The position numbers and the translations under genes were made by a program. Below are positions 27,041-32,973 of a DNA stretch of 64,000 bases, piece after piece (the stretch's first letter is position 1; each line of letters starts with the position of its first letter). A model generated the notes under the pieces. It was not told where the DNA came from, made no database searches, and was given only the letters and a program-made list of their open reading frames with translations. The DNA is from Anaerolineales bacterium (GTDB lineage Bacteria; Chloroflexota; Anaerolineae; Anaerolineales; Villigracilaceae). The DNA is taken from positions 108,791 through 172,790 of the forward strand of contig JANWWK010000030.1 in NCBI GenBank assembly GCA_025056175.1, read 5' to 3'.

Positions 27041-29074
27041 TCACGGAATGGAATACAAAACATAATTCCCATCTGAAGACCTGTCCACCTCGCTCAATAA
27101 TCCTTCCAGGCGGCTTAATTCTGCCCACTTCGCCAAATCAAACAGCGGATTGGAGGCGCGAGTCATTTCCAGGCCGTATCGAGAAAGCAACACATGGGTA
27201 TAGCCACTTTGTTTCCAGGCCGCCAACAGGCGTTCAGTACGTCCCCAACGATACAAAGCGTGTGCCAGGTTATCGTAGATTGCATCGATGAAAACCTTAT
27301 TGGTCATGCCATAAGAGCGCTGCTCGAAGAGAAAAAGCACATTTGCTTCTTCAGGCAACCGATTCACAAGACGCAATGCTTCAGAATAGCCAGGTTGAAT
27401 GCGGCGGAGATAATCCTGACGAGTTTCGATTCCAACCATTACCGCCAGGGGATGGCGCTTCAACACGAGCAAACCGAAATCAAGCAAGGTGAGCGAGATA
27501 AATAAAATAACCAGGTATGAAAACACAACACTGATACGAATCATATTCGTATCCAGTAGGCGCAGTTCCCGAATGCTGAATGCCATTGGCACAATCAGCG
27601 GGAGCAGCCCCGGAAACAGCAAACGCGTCTGCCAAAGGCTGGCTGTGTTTACTACGCCAAGCGTCCAGAATAGTGCGCTCAGGCAAAAGAACAGAACGGA
27701 CAGCTCAAACGCGGAACGAATTCGAGAATCCGCCGTCTTGCTCATTTTCCGCGTGGTCCAAACTGTCACAGGAATCAAAATCAAGAAAAACGGCCCAATT
27801 CTGCCATCCCACAGATTAAACAATTCACGATGCCCCAGTGTGATATTCAAGGGCAGCAACAACAACTCAGGAAGATTCCACCCAATCCCGGTTCCCGCGC
27901 CAGAATACCACGCCGCTCGAAAAGAATCCCAAAACATGCCACCAAACACAAACGGGTAGAACGGATTCTGCATCCATATCCAATTGCGCAGATACCAGGG
28001 AGAAGCAACCAGCAAGGCGAGAACGCTAAACTGAACAATGTTGCGCAAAATATCGGATATTGCCGCTTTCTTCGTAAACCAGCGGGCAAAAATAAAAATA
28101 ACCACAAAAACAGGCAGGACAAAACTTGTGTATTTTATGCCCATCGCAAAGCCGGCCATGAGCGCTGTAACATTCAACCAGTGTGAATTACCGGTATCTC
28201 GCCATCTCCACAGCGAATAGAGCGCGCCGAGGGTAAAAAATGAAAGCGCAAGGTCAGTATAAGCCCAGGTCGCCAGCCATAAAAACGCCGGAATGGTAAG
28301 CAGTAAAACCATAGCCCACCAGGCTGTTGCGCCATCCGAAATAGAAAAGACCCAAAACCAAAGCAGCAAGGCAATTAACACGGCAAACGTCATGTGCAGT
28401 AATTGGGTCACAATGTCACTCCCCAGTGCCATGGGCCAGACGAACATGCCCTCCACCAACCCCGGAAACCAATAATGCGGCATATCCACAAGACGCAAGC
28501 CGCCATCTCGCAGCCACATGGCCGGAACCGGTAAGTGATAGAATAAAGAATCAAAGCCGTCGGCGGGTGGGGCTAAAGATTGAGTGAATACCAGTGTCAG
28601 CGCAACCCCAACGGCAAAGTGCATCCAGGCAGCCTGTCCTGCAAATTTCGTTATTGAACCGAATAAGATTCGGAAAGACTCCAGGGCCATACGAAGCGTT
28701 CCGCTAAAAGCCTGCCAGGCCAGTAAAAGGAGAAGGACGCACAGCAACAAATAAGGATTTGCCAGGTTGAACGCCGCCAGTATAAACCCTGCCAAACCGA
28801 AAAAGCCTAATCCGATACCTGTTCCGAGCAATAATTTTTCAATTGGTTCGAAGGTGCTGGCCGTCAGGAGTAGATACCCCACGCCTGCCGCAATTGCAAC
28901 GATTACACCCCACACCCCCAGCGTCCAGGCAAGAAAGCCAAGCCCCGAAAGTACCTGAAGGGCAACCGGTTTTTGAAAAACGAAAATCGCAGATAATACA
29001 ACGGTTGCCCAGACCAAAAAGAGAATCCCCACGCCCACTTTTCCACCATCAGTCTTGTTCAAAATTTGCCGCAT
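27041..29074 (-). CDS. Large polytopic membrane protein, GT-C (ArnT/PMT-like) glycosyltransferase-type
   Basis: 677 aa with at least 12 hydrophobic segments followed by a soluble C-terminal domain. Strong SD GGAGG. Noticeably AT-richer than its neighbours. Confidence 0.5.
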   Translation of the reverse strand: MRQILNKTDGGKVGVGILFLVWATVVLSAIFVFQKPVALQVLSGLGFLAWTLGVWGVIVAIAAGVGYLLLTASTFEPIEKLLLGTGIGLGFFGLAGFILAAFNLANPYLLLCVLLLLLAWQAFSGTLRMALESFRILFGSITKFAGQAAWMHFAVGVALTLVFTQSLAPPADGFDSLFYHLPVPAMWLRDGGLRLVDMPHYWFPGLVEGMFVWPMALGSDIVTQLLHMTFAVLIALLLWFWVFSISDGATAWWAMVLLLTIPAFLWLATWAYTDLALSFFTLGALYSLWRWRDTGNSHWLNVTALMAGFAMGIKYTSFVLPVFVVIFIFARWFTKKAAISDILRNIVQFSVLALLVASPWYLRNWIWMQNPFYPFVFGGMFWDSFRAAWYSGAGTGIGWNLPELLLLPLNITLGHRELFNLWDGRIGPFFLILIPVTVWTTRKMSKTADSRIRSAFELSVLFFCLSALFWTLGVVNTASLWQTRLLFPGLLPLIVPMAFSIRELRLLDTNMIRISVVFSYLVILFISLTLLDFGLLVLKRHPLAVMVGIETRQDYLRRIQPGYSEALRLVNRLPEEANVLFLFEQRSYGMTNKVFIDAIYDNLAHALYRWGRTERLLAAWKQSGYTHVLLSRYGLEMTRASNPLFDLAKWAELSRLEGLLSEVDRSSDGNYVLYSIP

Positions 29075-29186
29075 GAAAAATTCCTCCTTCCTCTTTGTTC
29101 GTGAGCCAGGGCAAGTCTAACATAATACGCACCGCGCAAAAGAAAACCCGGCGAAACTAAAGTTCCTTGGACAATACTTCGCCTTG

Positions 29187-29215
29187 TTGGCAGGGTAGAT
29201 GGTTGCCGTTACAAT
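29187..29215 (+). promoter_or_regulatory. Sigma-70-type promoter TTGGCA-17-TACAAT positioned for a leaderless recO mRNA
   Basis: -35 TTGGCA at 29187..29192, a 17-nt spacer, and -10 TACAAT at 29210..29215. Exactly 6 nt then precede ATG 29222. No SD. Confidence 0.6.
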
Positions 29216-29221
29216 AAGCGC

Positions 29222-29980
29222 ATGAATCAGCCCCGTTCATTTCGCACCGAAGCGGTGGTTATCCGTCATGCCGATTGGGGCGAGGCCGACCGCATTCTCA
29301 CCCTGTTCACGCGCGAACAGGGCAAGCTGCGTGTGCTTGCTAAAGGTGCCCGAAAGGTTCTCTCGCGCAAGGCCGGACATTTGGAGCCGTTCACCCGCGT
29401 TACGTTACAGCTGGCGCGCGGGCGTGATTTGCCGATTGTTACCCAGGTCGAAACGCTGGATGCTTATCTGCCTTTGCGTGACGACCTGCTTAAGGTGGGA
29501 TATGCTGCCTACGTCCTGGAATTGATTGACCGCTTGACGTACGATGAAGAAGGAAATACGTTTTCGCTCTTTCGCCTGTTGACCGAGACTCTGGAGCGTA
29601 TTGCCAGCGAGGCCGATGGTTGGTTAGCCGTGCGTTACTATGAAATGCGCTTGCTGGACTTTTTGGGTTTTCGCCCCAAACTGTTCGAGTGCGCCAATTG
29701 TGGACGTCCGGTAGAGCCGCGTGACCAATACTTTTCTCCCGGAGTGGGAGGCGTTATTTGTCCGCAATGTGGCATGGGGTTGCCCGGCTTGTGGAATGTG
29801 GATGTGGAAACACTCAAGTATTTGCGGCATTTCCAGCGCAGTTCTTACGCTGAGGCAGTACGGGCGCGCCCAAATGCCGAGGCGCGCAAGAAAATCGAAG
29901 CGTTGATGCAGGCCTATTTCACATATTTGCTGGAGCGCGAACTGAATACGCCTGGCTTTTTGAAGCGCGTGCGAACTTAA
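29222..29980 (+). CDS. recO: DNA repair protein RecO
   Basis: N-terminal OB-fold region (EAVVIRHADWGEADRILTLFTREQGKLRVLAKGARK) and a C-terminal zinc motif (CANCG...CPQCG). Confidence 0.9.
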   Translation: MNQPRSFRTEAVVIRHADWGEADRILTLFTREQGKLRVLAKGARKVLSRKAGHLEPFTRVTLQLARGRDLPIVTQVETLDAYLPLRDDLLKVGYAAYVLELIDRLTYDEEGNTFSLFRLLTETLERIASEADGWLAVRYYEMRLLDFLGFRPKLFECANCGRPVEPRDQYFSPGVGGVICPQCGMGLPGLWNVDVETLKYLRHFQRSSYAEAVRARPNAEARKKIEALMQAYFTYLLERELNTPGFLKRVRT

Positions 29981-30771
29981 TCGCTTTGCCCATATAACCC
30001 ATACAGGAAAATTCCCGCCGCCACGGCCAGGTTCAGCGAAGAAGCCCGTCCGCGCATGGGCAGCGAGAGCAGCTCATCACAGGCAGCCATCTGTTCGGCG
30101 CTCAACCCTTTTTGCTCCGAACCAAGCAGCAATATCGTCGGGCGCTGGTCGCGGTGAAACGTGTGCAGGCGGGTAGATGCGTGTGCTGAGGTGCCAACCA
30201 ACCGAAAGCCGCCCTGTTTTGACCATTCTGTGAAGGCGCGGAAGCTGGTTTGAACGAACGGTTTCCAGAACAGAGTGCCCATGCTGGCGCGCACACAGGC
30301 TGGCTGATATGGGTCGGCGCCGCCTTCGAGCAGGAACAACCCGTCAGCCCCAACTGCGTCGAGGGTGCGGAAAATCGAACCAATGTTGCCCGGGTCTTGC
30401 GGCGCGACCAGTGCCGCCGCCAACCGAAAGGGAGGGAATTCTCCCAGCGTCAAATGACGCTCACGGACGAGCGCCGCGATGCCTTGCGGGTTCTCTTTTT
30501 CTGCAAAGGTCTCAAAAGCAGCTTCGCTGACCGCAACCACACGCACACCCTGGCCGGCGAGTTTCTCCGTCAGTGCCTGTCCAAAGCCGCTTCGCAGACG
30601 CTCCGGGCAGTAGAGCAGAGTGTCAATCTCCCACCCGGCTTCGGCGGCTTCACCCACATGAAGAATACCTTCCACGAGAAACAGACCGCTTTCCTGGCGG
30701 GCTTTTTTCTGCCGCAAGGCGCGGGCTTGCTTGATGAGCGGGTTGGAGGGGCTGGTAATGAGCGTGGACAT
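29977..30771 (-). CDS. TrmH/SpoU-family RNA 2'-O-methyltransferase
   Basis: Start trimmed to MSTLITSPSNPLIKQ. SpoU substrate-binding N-domain and SPOUT motifs (LLLGSEQKGLS, LSLPMRGRASSLNLAVAAGI). Confidence 0.8.
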   Translation of the reverse strand: MSTLITSPSNPLIKQARALRQKKARQESGLFLVEGILHVGEAAEAGWEIDTLLYCPERLRSGFGQALTEKLAGQGVRVVAVSEAAFETFAEKENPQGIAALVRERHLTLGEFPPFRLAAALVAPQDPGNIGSIFRTLDAVGADGLFLLEGGADPYQPACVRASMGTLFWKPFVQTSFRAFTEWSKQGGFRLVGTSAHASTRLHTFHRDQRPTILLLGSEQKGLSAEQMAACDELLSLPMRGRASSLNLAVAAGIFLYGLYGQSD

Positions 30772-30773
30772 CG

Positions 30774-31169
30774 TCAGCGCGCAATCAATTTCCCTGCCAT
30801 GCCTGCCGCCAGGTGGCCCGGAATACTGCAAATGACCTGATATTCGCCCGGCGCGTCAATGGTAAACGTGAACGTGTCGGATTTGCCGGGTGCAAGCCGC
30901 GCCTCGAATAAAATATCTGCCTGGTGCGCCGTGCGGTCGAAGTTGCCTTCGGCAACCACGCCCTGTTTGAGAATCACAAAATCGTGTTCGATGGCGCCTT
31001 TGTTGACCAGCTCGAGGGTAATTTCCTGCCCGGCAGGCACGGTGAAGGTTTTTGGCTCAAACATAAATTCGACCATATCCACCTGGAGCGTAGTGGTGGT
31101 TTCTCCGCCGCCGCAGGCGGACAGCAACAGAATCAGGAGCAAGAACAGGGGAAGCAGAGCGTTTTTCAT
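30774..31169 (-). CDS. Blue-copper (cupredoxin) lipoprotein
   Basis: Start trimmed to MKNALLPLFLLLILLLSACGG (lipobox). Type-1 Cu ligand pattern: H in IEHDF plus C-x4-H-x4-M in ICSIPGHLAAGM. The 5' extension in the track ORF (to 31622) overlaps the upstream gene and is not credible. Confidence 0.8.
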   Translation of the reverse strand: MKNALLPLFLLLILLLSACGGGETTTTLQVDMVEFMFEPKTFTVPAGQEITLELVNKGAIEHDFVILKQGVVAEGNFDRTAHQADILFEARLAPGKSDTFTFTIDAPGEYQVICSIPGHLAAGMAGKLIAR

Positions 31170-31174
31170 GGCAT

Positions 31175-31798
31175 TCAAAAAAGGAAAGGGATGAACAGTT
31201 TGCTTTTCTTTTTGTACGCGGCAAATTCCGCGTAGCGCGCCAGCGATTGGTCTTTTTTGCGCATTTGACCCAACCAGAACCCGAAGACAAAGCCCGCCAG
31301 AATGACCAGCGGCAGCCAGTGCATGGAAAGCAGGGCAAAACTCAGGTAAATCAAAAGTTCGCCAAAGTAGTTGATATTCCGCGTGCGGGCAAACAGCCCG
31401 TCCGTTATCAGGTGACCGGGGTGATATTTGAGTTGAACGTACTTTTGCATATCCGAGACGAAGTGAAAGAACACGCCAAAGACGTTCATGCTTACGCACA
31501 GGCCAATCAGCCAGGCAGGGGCTTTGACATCGAGCCAGGTAATCAGCAAACCGCTTACCCAGTAGGCGCTCAGCCCCGCGATAATCAGCAGGGCATAGGC
31601 GGCGCCTTTGTCTTCTTCCCACTGCTTATCGGGAAACAGGCGGCTTTTCAGCACCCACAAGAGACCATACGTGCCGTGCAGGGCCAGGTACACCCACGCA
31701 GTGACGCTTTCCCAGCGTCCAAACCAGGCCATCATCGCCAAAAGAACTACAAAGGTGATGCCTTTGTGCGTATCAATAAAGTATTTTTGTTTGAACAT
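31175..31798 (-). CDS. DUF1295/ICMT-like membrane methyltransferase-family protein
   Basis: 207 aa with 5-6 TM segments. The C-terminal motif RTRNINYFGELLIY is typical of the isoprenylcysteine carboxyl methyltransferase / DUF1295 superfamily. SD GGAGAA. Confidence 0.6.
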   Translation of the reverse strand: MFKQKYFIDTHKGITFVVLLAMMAWFGRWESVTAWVYLALHGTYGLLWVLKSRLFPDKQWEEDKGAAYALLIIAGLSAYWVSGLLITWLDVKAPAWLIGLCVSMNVFGVFFHFVSDMQKYVQLKYHPGHLITDGLFARTRNINYFGELLIYLSFALLSMHWLPLVILAGFVFGFWLGQMRKKDQSLARYAEFAAYKKKSKLFIPFLF

Positions 31799-31870
31799 GG
31801 CGTGTTCTCCGTTCGAGAAATCGTAAAATGCCTGATAGAATTATACAGGTAAACGTTGTGGGGCAGGGTT

Positions 31871-32533
31871 ATGGAGTCTCGTCCACGGTTCACACTTTTT
31901 GGTCTGTTGTGGTTTCCAATTGGTGTGTTGCTCAACATGTCTCCGTTGACAGCGGCAGGATTGTTGCTGCTTTCGATGACGCTATGCGGGTTCCTGTATC
32001 GCTCCGTTAATTCCGATTTTTGGGGACTGGCAGCGCCGCCGTGGACGGAGTTTAAGTTTTCTGAAAATTATCGCCGCGTCACTACTGCTGATGGTCGTTC
32101 ATGGGAAATCACCTACGAGAAAGACACATTTTCGGTCTTTACTGGTGTTGCACGCGAGGTGATTCACTGGCGCGATGAACCGGAAATTCCGTTTGCTACC
32201 CATGATATTCTGATTACCAACGGAGAATACTCCTCCGTCTCGCTCGTTACTGCGCGGGTACGCAATCACACGGTGCGTTATCAGTGGTACACCGACCGTT
32301 TACCAGAAGGGACAATTAATCTCCTGCATATCGTGCCGCTTAACGAGGAGGTTTACCATCACCTGTTGCAGATTCGCCGCTGGAATCTGGTCAGCATCAA
32401 AGGGCAGGAAATCCTGCGCATCGAAAGTTTTAACCGTCAAGGTGCGCTCCGTCTGGTGTTTCAGGATGCCGGCTGTAACACCATTCTGGTCACTTCGGTT
32501 CAAATTCTCGCGCAAGGCACGCCTGTCCCCTAG
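31871..32533 (+). CDS. Hypothetical membrane-anchored protein
   Basis: ATG 31871 is in frame with track ORF 31856. Two N-terminal hydrophobic segments are followed by a roughly 160-aa soluble domain. No family recognised. Confidence 0.45.
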   Translation: MESRPRFTLFGLLWFPIGVLLNMSPLTAAGLLLLSMTLCGFLYRSVNSDFWGLAAPPWTEFKFSENYRRVTTADGRSWEITYEKDTFSVFTGVAREVIHWRDEPEIPFATHDILITNGEYSSVSLVTARVRNHTVRYQWYTDRLPEGTINLLHIVPLNEEVYHHLLQIRRWNLVSIKGQEILRIESFNRQGALRLVFQDAGCNTILVTSVQILAQGTPVP

Positions 32534-32562
32534 AACAACGGACTGTGCGGCGAAGGTGGATA

Positions 32563-32591
32563 TTGACGAAGCACTGCAAACGGCGTAAACT
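32563..32591 (+). promoter_or_regulatory. Sigma-70-type promoter TTGACG-17-TAAACT for the riboswitch transcript
   Basis: -35 at 32563..32568, a 17-nt spacer, and -10 at 32586..32591. The predicted TSS lies a few nt before the P1 helix of the riboswitch. Confidence 0.55.
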
Positions 32592-32601
32592 TGAATTGCC
32601 C

Positions 32602-32694
32602 CGATGGGGAGTAGCGCCCGGGTTCACCCGGAAAGACAGTCGTCAAGACGGAAAGAAATTTCCCGGCTGTCTGAACGAGACCGCAAGACCATCG
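32602..32694 (+). promoter_or_regulatory. yybP-ykoY (Mn2+) riboswitch aptamer
   Basis: P1 is CGATGG (32602..32607) pairing with CCATCG (32689..32694). The conserved GGGGAGUAGC is at 32606..32615. Hairpin CCGGG-UUCA-CCCGG. Stem GACAG/CUGUC encloses AGUCGUCAA and a GGAAA-GAAA-UUUCC hairpin. The 3' conserved GCAAGACC is present. The layout mirrors the Lactococcus lactis yybP-ykoY sequence as I recall it. Confidence 0.8.
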
Positions 32695-32717
32695 CGCCCG
32701 TTCGCGTTGGTTTTTTT
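32688..32717 (+). terminator. Intrinsic terminator forming the riboswitch expression platform
   Basis: ACCATCGCG (32688..32696) pairs with CGCGTTGGT (32703..32711), with one T.T mismatch and a 6-nt loop. The last paired T is also the first T of a TTTTTTT run (32711..32717). The 5' arm overlaps the 3' strand of P1, so P1 and the terminator are mutually exclusive. Confidence 0.75.
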
Positions 32718-32742
32718 CGTTAAGTCATGAGAGGAGGCTGCG

Positions 32743-32970
32743 ATGTCCACCCCATCCCCAACCCACAAACGTTCTTCCCTGTTGCGCCGTTGGTGGAAGC
32801 CCGCTGCCGCGACCGGTGCAGGCGGCGGCGCCATCAGCCTGTGGTACGAGGAAATCATCCTGTTTGCTGAGGAAATTTTTACCCTGATTACCATTGTTCT
32901 TTTAGCAGGCGTGATTTACCTGCTCAACTTCATCCTGTTCAAAACCCAAATGCCGCACAAAGAGGAATGA
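32743..32970 (+). CDS. Small single-TM protein co-transcribed with the P-type ATPase
   Basis: 75 aa. Strong SD GAGAGGAGG lies 5 nt upstream of the ATG. Basic/Gly-rich N-terminus and a C-terminal TM helix (IFTLITIVLLAGVIYLLNFILF). Its stop is 3 nt before the ATPase ATG. Confidence 0.6.
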   Translation: MSTPSPTHKRSSLLRRWWKPAAATGAGGGAISLWYEEIILFAEEIFTLITIVLLAGVIYLLNFILFKTQMPHKEE

Positions 32971-32973
32971 ACG

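Noticed and set aside
26818-27072. An 84-aa minus-strand ORF upstream of the RHS fragment, considered as possibly more of the RHS gene.
   Set aside because: My hand translation of the RHS frame upstream of 26917 shows no YD/RHS repeat character and hits a stop at 27041..27043. The 84-aa ORF is in another frame, is Arg/Pro-rich and overlaps the 3' end of the 677-aa gene.
30774-31622. The full 282-aa track ORF for the cupredoxin gene. Other 5'-extended track ORFs of the same kind are 13403 for GDPD, 9952 for the kinase, 18827 for E1 beta, 36206 for the CoA-transferase and 42602 for tyrA.
   Set aside because: The extensions overlap the preceding gene in another frame and precede obvious native N-termini (signal peptide/lipobox, Rossmann fold, conserved N-terminal motifs) that have their own SD or coupling overlap. 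The starts were trimmed accordingly.
31836-31845. Overlapping divergent -10 hexamers: TAGAAT on the plus strand (31836..31841) and TATAAT on the minus strand (31840..31845), between the DUF1295 gene and the 31871 ORF.
   Set aside because: Both hexamers are good, but neither has a recognisable -35 element at 16-18 nt. Without TSS data this is too speculative to list as promoters.
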